From contig NC_067398.1 of assembly GCF_016432865.1 (NCBI RefSeq), positions 706,800,001 through 706,864,000 on the forward strand: DNA of 64,000 nt, in the 5' to 3' direction. The translations under genes and the position numbers were made by a program. Origin of the DNA: Antechinus flavipes. Lineage: Eukaryota. This document shows, in pieces, positions 50,454-62,553 of the stretch; the stretch's first letter is position 1; the number at the start of each line of letters is the position of its first letter. The notes beneath the pieces are model-generated. The model had not been told where the DNA came from. It saw only the letters and a program-made list of their open reading frames with translations, and searched no databases.

Positions 50454-50462
50454 TCCGCCCCC
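50454..50462. promoter_or_regulatory. GC box (Sp/KLF), TCCGCCCCC
   Basis: GGGGCGGA on the minus strand just upstream of the E-boxes; further CCGCCC cores near 50330-50340. Confidence 0.55.
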
Positions 50463-50760
50463 GGACGCTAGACCGGCCTCCCCGCCACGGCCGCTGCCGC
50501 TAGGGCCGTTTGTCTGTCCCTCCCTCGCCCAGCGGCGCGCGAAGCTGGAAGCAGGCGGAGGTGGTGGTGGGAGGTGGGAGGTGGACGACTCAGCTCTCTT
50601 CCTCCTCCTCCCCCGTCCCATGGGGGCCGGAAAGAGTTCAGCCCTACCCCCACCTCCCATCCCCCATCATCTCCTGGGCTCTCTAATTCCGCGACTCCCT
50701 GGGGGGGCGGGGAGCTTTGCCTCCGGAGCTCGGCTTTAGGTTCTACTCGGGGGTCCTGAG

Positions 50761-51210
50761 GTCTTCCTAGGTCTCTTTTTCTGGTCTCTGTCTATCCCTG
50801 TCTCTTGTCTCGTCTCTATCTCTTCCTGTCTCGGTCTGTATTTCCCTGGATCTCTTCCTGTCTCTATCTCGTCTTCTTGTCTCTCTCTTCTTTTTGTCTG
50901 TCTATCATTTCTTGTCTCGGTCTCTATCTCTCTGGATCTCTTCTTGTCTCTCAATCTCTTCTTGTTTCGGTTTCTATATCTGGATCTCTTCTGTCTCGAT
51001 CTTTATCTCTTCTTGTCTCTGTCTCTCTGTCTCTTCTTATCTTCATCTCTCTGGATCTCTTGTCTCCGTTTATCCGGGTCTCTTTTCTCTCTGTCTCTAT
51101 CTCTGCTTCTTGTCTGTCTCTATACCTCTGTGTGTTTTTTGGTCGGAGTCTCCTCTGTCTCTGTCTCCTTTCTTGTCTTTGTCTTCCTCTCTGGGTTTTT
51201 TTTTTTTTTT
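50761..51210 (+). repeat. CT-rich low-complexity / degenerate tandem tract
   Basis: Pyrimidine-dominated plus strand with a recurrent CTGGATCTCTT unit (~50847, 50932, 50980, 51051), ending in poly-T. Confidence 0.85.
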
Positions 51211-53476
51211 AATAATCTGATTCTTTATCTTTGTCTGCATCCCTTTCCATGAGTCTCTTGCTGAAATTACTTTATGGATCAGTTTAATTTAACAAGAACC
51301 TAAGAAGCGGCGCTTGTGTGCCAAGATTGTATTAAGGATCCGAGACACAAGGATAAAAAAGAAAAGGACGCTGCGATTTGGGGAGCTTAAATTCTCCTGG
51401 AATCAGTAGCTCTAATGTCCACAGAAAACCGAACACTGGAGATGGAAAAGGCCTAAGGACAGTACTGGACTAGTGATTTCCTTTACTTAATAAGAAAACA
51501 GGATTATAAGAAATACAAAAATAAGGTTGTCTTTCTTGAGAGGAGCAAACATCCTACTAGAGAGTAAACAGACCTTTCAAATATAAATACAAAGGAGAAT
51601 CAAAAGAAATAACAATGTAATTTGAGGGTGGGTGGCTTTCTTTGGCTTTCAACTGTATCTCCTCAGAAATAATATAAACCAGTTTGTATTTGCTCTGTAA
51701 CTTTTTCAGACAGGCAGCCTTGGAGGGTGCTGGGGTGGAGAGATGGTTTCAAGTAGACATATTTTCTATGGAATTCAAGGCATCACTTAACCTCTCCCAG
51801 CCCCCAGGTGACTAAGACTTATCAGTTACAGATACTTAATGCCAGATCTGCACAATAAAATTACAAGTCTGGACCAAAAATGTCCTGTTTGGACTTATCC
51901 ATGTATACATTGTTTTCAAACAGTATGCAATAAGCTTGAGCCTGAAATTCTCTCCCTCCTTTCTTCCCCTCCCTGGCTTTTTTCAAGTCCTAAACTAAAG
52001 TCCTATCTTCTGCAAGAAGCTTTTGTTAACAGCCCTTAAATCAATCAATCCACTAACATTTATTAAGCACCTACAAAGTACCAGGCACTATGCTAAACAG
52101 CCTAAGGCTTTTTCTCTGTTGATTAGTTCCAATTTATCCTGTCTATAGCTTGTTTGTATGTTGTCTTCCTCCATAGATTGTGAGTTCCTTGGAGCTGAAA
52201 TATCTTTTGCCTGCCTTTGTATCCCAGGCACTTAGCACAATGCCTGGCGCTTAATAAATACTTAAATGCTTCCTTGGACCAGACGGAATTGAATTCATGT
52301 TGCAGAACTGACAATACTTAGAGTGATCTAATTTACCTTCTTTTTCCCTCAGTGTTCCCCTCTGACTCCTATCCAGCATTTCCTGAGGTTGGTGGGAAAC
52401 ATTCTGCTGTGAGGCAAGGGAGCTTCTTTCTATAGTCAGACTCTGAGAGCTGACAATCAACCTTTGTGAAATTGCCATCTTGTTGTCTTTTAGCCTCCCG
52501 GTTCACAGGAGGGCTATGTGATATCAAGAAAGGAGTGCTGGACTTGAGAAACCAAAGTCAGCCAATTATGATTTGTGTCCATGAATCGTTTTACTTTGTT
52601 GGGCCTCGATTTCCTCAGATGTAATAAGGGCCATTTATTACAACAGTTTCCAGATTTGCAAAGGGTTTACATAATTCTCAATTCTGGTAGTTAGATGCTA
52701 TTATTTCTCCCATTATACAGATAAGGAAACTGAGGTTGAAAGACATTAAATAACTTGACCAAGGTCACATTTATTGTGGTTTTGAGTCCTCTCAGACGCT
52801 TCATTGCTCTGTGTACCACTATCCATGAAGTTTTCTTAGCAAAAAGACTGAAATGATATGCCATTTCTTCTCCATTGGATTAAGAGAGAGAGAAGTGACT
52901 TGCCAAGTCACAAAACTAGTGAGGGTCTGAGGTCACACATTTGAACTCAGATCTTCCTGAGTCCAGGCCTATCTGAGTCCAAGTCACCCAGCTGCTTTGT
53001 CAGGGTGACATAAATGGGAATTATCAGAGGCAGCATTTGAATCTGGATCTTCCTGACTCAGAGGTGAACATTTTTGCCACATCAACTTTAAAGTTTACCA
53101 AGTATTTTTTTATCTCTTGACCTTCAGGCCAACTCACTGAAATAGTTATACAAAGTAGTCCTTCTCTTTTAGAAAATAAGAAGCTAAATAATGATCATAT
53201 GACTGTTGTTAGAGGTGGATTTAGAATTTGTTTTAGGATATTGCTCTAAATGACTTCAAAAGTCCATTCCAGATATAAACTTATGATTCAATAGGGAGTT
53301 ATTGAATACTTACTATGTGCCAACCTCTGTCTAATCACTTTAATACTGACAATATATGGAATTGTCTTGGAGGGTGGGGCAGAGTATAAGAGGATAATAC
53401 GGGATTTATAGCTGGAAGAGATTTGGTAGTCAACTTATTTTATAAATAGAAAAACTGGATTCACAAAAGTCACCTG

Positions 53477-53535
53477 GGGGGCAGCTAGGTGGAGCAGTGG
53501 ATAGAACACCTGCCCTGAAGTCAGGAGGACCTGAC
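53477..53535 (+). mobile_element. Isolated tRNA-derived SINE head (marsupial CORE-SINE)
   Basis: gggggcagctaggtggagcagtggatagaacacctgccctgaagtcaggaggacctga; truncated after the B-box region. Confidence 0.75.
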
Positions 53536-56345
53536 CAGTACAATAATACAGAAAATCACTGTCTTTAGAATGGGAAGGGACCTTAGAGATCATCTGGTCC
53601 ACCTCCCTCTATGGCAGACAAGGAAACCGAGGCCCAAAATGTGTCAAATACCCAAGGTACAGGTATTAAATAGTAGAGATAGGAACATAGAATTTACAGC
53701 TGAATGGGGTTTTTAGAGCTCATTTGATCCAACCCTTTTTAGTTTATATTTCCCCATCTCTGTGCCTGAAATAAGCTCTCTCATCACCTCAGTCACTGGG
53801 AATGCCCAGACTCCTTCACAACTCAAAGCCTATGCGGAGTCTTAATTCTATCCAACTCCATCTCCAGTTATCCTGACCCATATCTGGCCACTGGACCCAG
53901 ATGACTTTGGAGGAGAAAGTAAGGCAGGTGACCTTGCCCAGTCCTCCCTCACTGAAATCCAAATCATGACATCACCTTTCTGATGTCATGGTCCCCTAAG
54001 AATGAAGGAAAACAACAGTTAACAATGATCTGCCTCGTTTTCCTCCTTTTCTTCTTCTTCCTCTCTCTCTTTTAAAATTATTTACTGTTACTTAATATAT
54101 CCTTGCTGTATCTCCCATACCTGGCAGAATGTAAACCCCTGGAAGGTAGGAACTGTTTCTCTATCTGTCTTTGTATGTCAAACACCTAACATAGGTACTT
54201 GGATAGGATGTGCTTAGGATCACAAAATAATAGTTTCAAAGGTGGAAGACACATAAGTCATATGCTTTTTATTTTTTTTTTATAGCCAATCATCCTATTA
54301 GGTACCTACTATGTGCTAGCACTATGCTAAATTCTAGGGATTCAAAGAAAGGAAAACAATGGTCCCTACTCTCAAGGTGTGTGAAGCTAATAGAGACGAA
54401 AACAGCCAAACAACTATGTACAGAGAAGCTACACACAGAATAAATTAGAGATGAAGAAATAGAGTGAAGAGATTAACATTAAGGGAACTTAGGAAAGGCT
54501 TCTTGTAAGAGGTAGGATTTTGGCAGGGACTTGAAGGAAAGTAGAAATGATGAGAGAGACTATTCCAAGTGTAAAGGACAGCTTAGCAAAAATTCCTGAA
54601 TGAAAAGGGCAGACTGTCTTATTCAAGGAACTGGTGTCACTGGGTGGCAGAGTACCAGGTGACTGAAAGGGAAGGGAAAGGCAGGGAGGGTTGGGGTGGG
54701 GAAAGGGAGAATAAAAGTAGACTGGAAAGCAAGGCGAGAACCATATTATGAGGACTTTAAATGCCAAACAGATGATTTTTCATTTGATCCTAGAGGTAAT
54801 GGAGAATCACTGGAGTTTATTGAATTGAATGATGATATGATTGGGCTTTCCTTTTAAGAAAATGACTTTGATAATTAAGTGAAACTGGAATTCAATATGG
54901 AGAAAGTTGTGAAAGGGAGACCACCTGGAAGGTCATTGTAATAGTGGGGAGGCATAAGGATGAAAGCCTGAATCAGGATGGTGACAGTGTCAGAGGAGAG
55001 AAGAAAGTCTATACAAGAGATGTCATGAAGAACGAATCAATAGTTCCTGATAATAGATTGGAGGTATAAGATGAGAAATAAGAGTGAGGAGTTAAGAAAG
55101 GCACCTAGGTTGTAGGCTTAGTGTTGATAGTTCATCAATAATAGAGACATTCAGAATATGGGAGTACTTGAAGGAAGATGAATTCGGTTTTGAACATAAA
55201 CTTTAAGATGTCTACCAGATATCCAGATCAAGATGTATCATAAGCAGTTGGAGTTGTAAGACAAAGTCAGCAGAGAAGTTAGAGCTGACTAGATTTGAGA
55301 ATCATTCACATGGGAATGATAATTAAATCCAAGGAAGCTTATGAGTTCAAGTGAAACAGTATATTAGGGAGAAGTCATAGCCTTGGGGACACCTATCATT
55401 AGTTAACATGATCTGGATGAAGAACCAGCAAAGGAGATCAAGGAGTAATCAGCGAGCAGGAGAACCAGGAGAGAATGGTGTCCCGAAGACCTAGAGACAA
55501 GAGAGTACCAAGAGAAAAGGTTGATAATGTCAACTGCAAAGAAGTCAAGAAGTGTAAGGACTGAAAAAAGGCCATTGGATTTGAACAGGTAAAAGATCAT
55601 TAGTAATTTGGGAGAGAGAAGTTTCAATGGAATAATGAGCTCAGAAGCTAGATTTTAGAGTCTAGGAGAGAGTGAGGGGAAAAGAAATGGAGGCATCTAT
55701 TTTATATAGCCTTCTAAAGGACTTTAGCCACACAAGGGAGGAAAGATATGGGTTAAAGAGGGTTCTCCTGAGGATGGAGGAATTATAAGCATGTTTGTAG
55801 GCAGTAAGGAAACTACAATCAGGAAGAAACTAAAGATAAGATAGGATGATGGAGGTAGCAATTTGCTGGAGAAAATGTGCATGTAGAGGGGTAACCTTTC
55901 ATAAAGAGAAGAGCCACTTCTTCATATGAGACTGAAATGAAAGAGGCAATAATGGCAGAAAGCATTTGAGAAATGTGAGATAAGGAGGAGAAAAGAGGAA
56001 GCTCTCTTTGGATGGTCTCAGTTTTTTGCTGAAATATGAGGTAATATTTTCAACTGAGAGAGTAGGGGAGGAAGAACCAAGAGAGGTTGAGAAAAGATGA
56101 AAAGGTTTGGTTTTCCACCAAAGCCACTATAGTGAATGGGATAGTGAGTCAATTAGAGAGTTATATAAAGATTGCTTTGCAACAGTGAGGGCCTCAGTTG
56201 AGATTATACAGCATAAATTTGTAGTGGATCCACAATTTTCTCCAGCTTTGTTCAGAAGCATAGGGGCAAATGAATAGGGGCAAAGGCAGAAGTGAATCAG
56301 GGCTGAGGCTTGTCAGGACAAGAGCTTTCACGGAGCAACGGAGCC

Positions 56346-57775
56346 GGTTGTTGTCCTTTGTTCTCAAAGAGGATCAAAATCCCATCACTATGTCAGAGTC
56401 AAATTATAGTGTCTGACTGTGGCTGATCAGATCAATACAAGTTTGGAATGTTCCACCACAGGTCCAACACAAATAGTCCATATGAAAATTTGGGGTAGAT
56501 TCTCTATTTTTCCTGTTTCTTTTGAACTAATTTAATTCTGTTTTGCACATAAAGAAAAAAAAATCACTTTCTATGATCCTATGCCAATGTCTCCCATGGC
56601 ATGTAATCAATTCTAAAGTTCTTAAAAGAGACCACAAAAGTGTCCTTTTTTGCTTTTTCTGGCCATCATGTAAGCTTTTGCCTTCTATAAATTCTCCATA
56701 AAATAATCTTTTTTTTTGGGGGGGGGGGGCAAGTCTATGTTTAGCATTCCAACAGTGTGACCAGTCCATTGGAGTTGTGCTCTCTGTAGTAAAGTTGAGT
56801 ACTGGGCAATTTAGTTCAAGAAAACACCTCCATGAGTGGATTTCTTTGACAAAGAGACCTAACTGAGTTTCAATTGATAAATGATGGACAGAAGCAGCTA
56901 CACCCAAAGAAAGAACACTGGGAAACGAATGTGAACTATCTGCATTTTTGTTTTTCTTCCCGGGTTATTTTTACCTTCTGAATCCAATTCTCCCTGTGCA
57001 ACAAGAGAACTGTTCGGTTCTGCAAACATATATTGTATCTAGGATATACTGCAACATATCTAACATATATCAAATTGCTTGCCATCTAGGGGAGGGGATG
57101 GAAGGAGGGAGGTGAAAAATCAGAACAGAAACGAGTGCAAGGGATAATGTTGTAAAAAAAAAAATCACCCTGGCATGGATTCTGTCAATATAAAGTAATT
57201 ATTAAATAAAAATTTAAAAAATATATTAAAAAAAACACCTCCATGTCTGGTATCTTATCCTGCCAGGTGATCTTCAGAATCTTGCTAAAACAATTCAAAT
57301 AGAAGCCATTCACTTTCCACAAAGCTCGCACTGGTAGTCTGTCCAGGCTGATGGGCATATAGCACTGAGGGCACAATGGTTCTGTAGACTTTCCATTTGA
57401 TAGTCTAATATCTCTTTTCTCCTGCACTTTCCTTCAGAGCCTCCCAAATATTGAGCTAACTCTGGTAATGCTTGTGATAACCCCATTATTAATGTGGACA
57501 TCCCTGAAAAATATACTGCTAAGGTAAATGAACTTATCCACAGTATTCAAAAGTTCTCCATTTGCGTATGGTTCCCCATATGGATGATATGGTGCAGGCT
57601 GATGGAGCACATTTGTTTAGCACAAACGGCAGAAAATTGATCCCTACTTTGTTGCAGCATAGCTTTGCAGGCTGCATTGAGTGCACAATCATCTGCAAAC
57701 AAACAAACAAAAAATCATGTACTAACACTCCCTCTACTTTAGTTTTGGCTTGTAGCCTTTTTCAAGTTGAAGAAT
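56346..57775 (-). mobile_element. 5'-truncated RTE LINE (same family as 854-1843), split by an L1
   Basis: ORFs 57534-57728 (VHDFLF..), 57185-57427 (KILKITWQDKIPDMEV) and 56527-56907 (KRLFYGE); RTE tail gttgttgtcctttgttctcaaagagg at ~56347. Confidence 0.88.
56835..57231 (+). mobile_element. Young L1 3'UTR with perfect 14-bp TSD
   Basis: TSD aaaacacctccatg at 56821-56834 and 57232-57245. Confidence 0.92.
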
Positions 57776-58866
57776 TTAGCCTCAGAGGGTAAGGGAGCAA
57801 TATCTGAGAGATGAGGATAGCAGTTGACCCAGTTCACCAAATGTGAAGATGCAAAAGGCAGAAGAAGGCAGAGACTGTAGGGGTGATGGCGTGGGAAAGA
57901 ACTGAGGGGTGAAGGGATCGGAGGTTGCCATAAGGATGAAGAAAAGGCAAAGCTGAGAGAGGTGGGATGACAAGGGATTGTGATGAGATAAGGGAATTTC
58001 AGACTTCATGAATATGGAAGTGGTACATTTGTGGTGGAAGACAAGATCAAAGGTATGGCAATCTGTGTGTCGCTGCGATGGGATGGGTCTCGGGAAATGA
58101 GTAAGTTGAGGAACTGTGAAGTTACAGTAATTGAGGGACCATCAATAAGTTTGTTAAAGCCTCCTAGTGTGAGGTCAGGAAGTAGGCAGGAAAGAGAGAC
58201 TGTGAGCAAGGCACTGACCTCATTGAGGAAAGAAGGGGAGTGTCCTGGAGGGCTGGAGACAACAATTTCCAGGCTTTTGATCCTTCTGTAGAAGTGGATT
58301 GAGTGAACTTCAAAGGAAGAGACTTTACCGAGTGAAACTGGTGGAGGGTAAACTTGGAAGCAGAAAAGTGAAGCTAGCCTTCTAACTCTCCTACCTAGAT
58401 CTGAGGGGAATGAGGGAAAGGGCCGCCAGGGAGGTTGGCCCAAGGAGGGAGCTGCATCTCAGGGAGAGCCAGAAAGAGCAGAAAAGGAAAATGTTTAAAA
58501 GTTGAAAACAAGTTTGTTCTAAGTAGCATTCCAAGAGAGCACATTAGAAGCTGGGTGGGTAGCTGTAGAGTAGGCCATGGAAGGAAGGGGGATGGGTAGT
58601 GGAGGATGGAGAATGAGGTTTAAATTAATTGATGCAGAGGATATGACTGAGTGGGAGGTTGTTAAGAATTGATAAAGGAGTTTTGGGTGGTTAGGAACAA
58701 CCTTAGGAGTTCATTCTCCAGGTATGGTCCTCTCTCCTGGACATTCAACATTAGGTCTCAGGGCAAGCCTCACTTGGTCATTGGATGGGCCTTAAGAGTG
58801 AGTTTGAGTGGCTAAGAGTGAGTGTAAGTAGCAATTGTTTCTGTTTTGGCCACAAACCCTGAAGTC

Positions 58867-59169
58867 NNNNNNNNNNNNNNNNNNNNNNNNNNNNNNNNNN
58901 NNNNNNNNNNNNNNNNNNNNNNNNNNNNNNNNNNNNNNNNNNNNNNNNNNNNNNNNNNNNNNNNNNNNNNNNNNNNNNNNNNNNNNNNNNNNNNNNNNNN
59001 NNNNNNNNNNNNNNNNNNNNNNNNNNNNNNNNNNNNNNNNNNNNNNNNNNNNNNNNNNNNNNNNNNNNNNNNNNNNNNNNNNNNNNNNNNNNNNNNNNNN
59101 NNNNNNNNNNNNNNNNNNNNNNNNNNNNNNNNNNNNNNNNNNNNNNNNNNNNNNNNNNNNNNNNNNNNN
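58867..59169. other. Assembly gap (303 N)
   Basis: Run of N. Confidence 0.99.
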
Positions 59170-59644
59170 AAAGATGGCCAGAAGGAGAAGTGTGGAATGG
59201 TGACTCTCTGTTCCCAACAGGTTGGAGTACTCTTTGTACAGGAAGAACCCAGCCTAGGAGACTAGAGTAGACATCTTTTAATAAGAACTAGTATTCACAA
59301 ATCACTTTACAAAGCACTTTGATCCTCCTAACCTAGGAGGAGAGGTGACTAAAACTTAGAGATTAGTCACTTATCAAGGATCACCCAGTTAAAAAGTACT
59401 GAGGTGGGATTTGAACTCACACCAAGGCTGTTATCCACATCTATTGTTAGAAGAGGAAACTCAAAAACATTCTGGAGGTCCCACAGATAAGAACTTCTTC
59501 AATTGGCTTGACTTTAATTACTTAGATTACAGAAGAGACTGAGGTCCAGGGAAGTAAAATTAGTTCCCCAAAGCTGCACAAAAGAATCAGGATTTCAACT
59601 TGGGGCTTCTGACTGAATCAAAGTCTTCTAGCTTCATTTTCACA

Positions 59645-59830
59645 GTTCTTTTATTTATTTTTATTTTTAAAAATATTTTATTTTATTTTATAATAAATTT
59701 ATATTGACAGAATCCATGCCAGGGTAATTTTTTTTTTTACAACATTATCCCTTGCACTCGTTTCTGTTCCGATTTTTCCCCTCCCTCCCTTCACCCCCTC
59801 CCCTAGATGGCAAGCAGTCCTATATATCAC
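59645..59830 (-). mobile_element. Young L1 3' terminus
   Basis: Near-identical to 11240-11400 (attgacagaatccatgccagggtaattttt...ccctagatggcaagcagtcc). Confidence 0.88.
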
Positions 59831-60350
59831 AGTTCTTTTAGACAACATTATTATTGTTTAGTCATTTCAGTCATGCCTGAATCCTTGTGACCCCATTTTG
59901 AAGTTTTCTTGGAGTGGCTTGCCCTTTTCTTCACTAGCTCATTTTATAGATGAGAAAACCAAAGCAAACAGGATAAAGTGACTTGTCCAGGGTTACACAT
60001 CTTTTGAGTGTCTCAGGTTAAATCTGAACTCAGGAACTCTTGATTTAAGCCTAGTGTACTCTCCATTGTCCCATCTATTTACAATTAGCCATAATTAATT
60101 AGAATTAGACAACTATTATTTTTTCCTTTATTCTCTAAGGTACAAAACATTGCATTAGGTAGAATATTGCATAGGAATCTGAAATGTAAAATCTATGACC
60201 TATGTCATATGTTGGATATGATCATATAGGAGATGGAAAGATTAAACATCCACATCTTGAGTTTCATTGAACTTAAATGAATGGGAATGGATGAATTTAA
60301 TTCAGGTGATTACTACTTATTCTATTGTGGGCAAGAATCCATTAGCAGGA

Positions 60351-60699
60351 CACCCAGAGAAAGAACACTTGGAAATGAGTATGGACCACAACATAACATT
60401 TCCATTCTTTCTGTTATTATTTACTTGCATTTTTGTTTTTCTTCTCAGGTTATTTTTATCTTCTTTCTAAATTTGATCTTTCTTGTGCAACAAGATAACT
60501 ATAAATATGTATACATATATTGCATTTAATATATACTTTAACATATTTAACATGTATGGGACTACCTATCATCTGGGGGAGGGGATGGAGAGAAGGAGGG
60601 GAAAAGTTGAAACAGAAGTTTTTGCAAGGATCAATGTTGAAAAATTACTCATGCATATTTTTGTTAACAAAAAGCTATAATAAAAAAATAGGAAAAAAA
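60351..60699 (+). mobile_element. L1 3'UTR inserted in BovB
   Basis: TSD aagaatccattagcagga (60333-60350) / aagaattctttagcagga (60700-60717), 16/18. Confidence 0.9.
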
Positions 60700-60920
60700 A
60701 AGAATTCTTTAGCAGGAATGGGATAGACTTCATAGTCAATAAAAAGGTGAGAAAAGTAGAACTGGGATACTGGAATATAATCTCAAAAATGACAGGATGA
60801 TACTTGTTTGAATACAAGGTAAACAACATCACAGAAACACAAGTTAATGTTCCAATGACTGAGAATGAAGAGGCCCAAATTAGTCCATTCCATGAAGATC
60901 TATAACATCTTCTAGAAGTA

Positions 60921-60933
60921 ACACACACACACA

Positions 60934-60975
<42 letters not shown>
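60921..60975 (+). repeat. (AC)n microsatellite within BovB
   Basis: Seen directly; sits where BovB carries 'taacaccc'. Confidence 0.95.
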
Positions 60976-60977
<2 letters not shown>

Positions 60978-61027
60978 TCATCATGGGAGATTGGAATACT
61001 CAAAACAGGAAATCAAAAGACAATTGG

Positions 61028-61158
61028 GGGCAGCTAGATGGGGCAGTGGATAGAGCACTGACTCTGGAATTAGGAAGATTTGAGTTCAACTCCAACCTCA
61101 GACCCTTGCTAGCTGTGCGATTTGGACAAGTCATTTTAACCCCAATTGTCTATCAGGA
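61028..61158 (+). mobile_element. Marsupial CORE-SINE inserted in BovB
   Basis: ggggcagctagatggggcagtggatagagcactg... head; approximate TSD aaaagacaattgg (61015-61027) / aaaaaataattgg (61159-61171). Confidence 0.85.
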
Positions 61159-61387
61159 AAAAAATAATTGGAACAATAGGCAAGTTTAACTTTGGAGTAC
61201 TAAACGAAGCAAGGCAGAGTTTTGTCAAGATAACTCACTTTCATAGCAAACATTCTTTTTCAACAATCCTGAAGTCAACTTTACATATGGATGTCACCAG
61301 ATGGTCAATATAGAAATCAGAATGGTTACATACTTTGCTGCCAAAGGTGAAAAAGTTCTATGAAGTCAGTTTAAACAAGACCCGGGA

Positions 61388-62035
61388 GAATCATAAAGAC
61401 TGAATACGGATGGAAGCCTATTTTTTTCACCTTATTTGTTTACTTTTTTTTCTTGTGTTTCCCCCCCTCCCTTTGGATTGATTTTTCTTTCGTAATATGA
61501 CAAATATGGAAATATGTTTAAAAGAATTGTACATGTATAACCTATATCATATTACTTTCTGTCTTGAGGAGGGGGAAGTTAAGGGAGGAAAGGATAAAAC
61601 TTTGGAACAGAAAGTCTTACAAAAATGAATGTTGAATTCAGAAAGAGAACTATGGAACTGAATGTGGATGGAAGCATAGTATTTTCACCTGGTTTATTTG
61701 TTTGCTTTTTCTTTCTTGTGGTTTTTCCCCTTTGTGTAGATTTTTCTTGCATAACATGACAAACATGGAAATATGTTTAAAAGGATTGCACATATTTAAC
61801 CTATATTAGGTTGCTTGTTGTCTTGAGGAGGGGGAAAGGGAGGAAAGGGAGAAAACTTTAGAATACAAAGGCTTACAAAAGTGAATGTCAGAAACTATCT
61901 TTACATGTATTTGGAAAAATAAAATACTATCGTATATAAATAAATAAACAAAATGAGGGTTCAGAATCCCCCTTCTCCCCATGAATGTTGTAAACTATCT
62001 TTACATGTAATTGGAAAAATAAAACACTATTTTAA
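61388..62035 (+). mobile_element. Tandem L1 3' ends (two long, one partial) inserted in BovB
   Basis: ~61390-61635 and ~61636-61930 are the same 3'UTR segment; a partial repeat of the terminus at ~61984-62032. BovB resumes at ~62060 with a degenerate aacaaga...gga duplication. Confidence 0.8.
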
Positions 62036-62225
62036 AAGGTCTTTTGTTTTGTTTTGTTTTAAATAACAAGATGTGGAACTGACTGTGACTCAGCTCAAGT
62101 GCTTTTTATTGCAAAATAAGGACTTAAATTGAAGAAAGTAAGGAAAACCATTAGACCATATAGCTTTGACCAAGATAATATCTCTTATGAATATGAAATG
62201 GAAGTGATCAAGAGATTTAAGGGAT

Positions 62226-62553
62226 GGGGTAGCTAGATGGATAGAGCACTGGACCTGAAGACAGGAAGACCAGAATTCAAGTGCAGCCTCACAGGGGTCC
62301 TCAAACTACGGTCCACGGACCAGATTCGGCAGCTGAGGACTTTTATCCCCCTCACCCAGGGCTATGAAGTTTATTTAAAGTCCCATAAAACAAAGTTTTT
62401 GTTTTTACTATAGTCTGGCCCTCCAACAGTCTGAGGGACAGTGAACTGGCCCCCTATTTAAAAAGTTTGAGGACCCAACCCTTACTAGCTGTGTGATCCT
62501 GGGCAAGTCACTTAACCCCAATTACTTGCCTCCCAAAAATTAGAGGGGGAAAA
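62226..62553 (+). mobile_element. CORE-SINE inserted in BovB, itself interrupted by a hAT MITE
   Basis: TSD atttaagggat (62215-62225) / atttaagagat (62554-62564); the SINE resumes at ~62477 (cttactagctgtgtgatcctgggcaagtcac). Confidence 0.85.
62292..62476. mobile_element. Non-autonomous OC1 (OposCharlie1/hAT2-family) DNA transposon
   Basis: TIRs caggggtcctcaaact / agtttgaggaccc (13-bp perfect, right terminal CTG missing). Reverse complement of the right end (gggtcctcaaactttttaaatagggggccagttcactgtccctcagac) matches my recollection of OC1/nhAT2 MITE ends. Confidence 0.8.

Larger units (their letters stand above)
49570..50750. promoter_or_regulatory. SPPL3: CpG island promoter of SPPL3
   Basis: Abrupt switch to very GC- and CpG-rich sequence in an otherwise CpG-depleted, AT-rich window; contains the first exon; no TATA box seen. 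Confidence 0.92.
54285..58860 (-). mobile_element. Long L2 LINE reaching the endonuclease domain, interrupted by an RTE
   Basis: L2 tail at 54285 (taggtacctactatgtgctagcactatgct). ORF 58006-58443 (PPGHSPSFLNEVSALLTV.L....LTLGGFN..ID.PS.T.TSQFLNLL) is a decayed APE-type endonuclease of L2. Confidence 0.8.

Noticed and set aside
49764-50503. Antisense plus-strand ORFs in the CpG island (49764-50138, 124 aa; 50000-50503, 167 aa), both starting in good Kozak contexts
   Set aside because: Their ATGs are the palindromic partners (CATG) of the SPPL3 and uORF2 ATGs. The products are Ala/Arg/Gly/Pro low-complexity, as expected of stop-poor GC-rich DNA, and they would lie antisense over the first exon.
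50736-51252. Four overlapping ORFs of 72-135 aa (Leu/Ser/Cys-rich or Arg/Glu-rich)
   Set aside because: Translations of the CT-rich low-complexity tract, which lacks stop codons by composition.
53477-53535. tRNA-like sequences (also 61028 and 62226)
   Set aside because: These are tRNA-derived SINE heads; no cloverleaf or acceptor stem.
58792-59265. ORFs of 122-141 aa
   Set aside because: Artefacts of reading through the 303-N gap.
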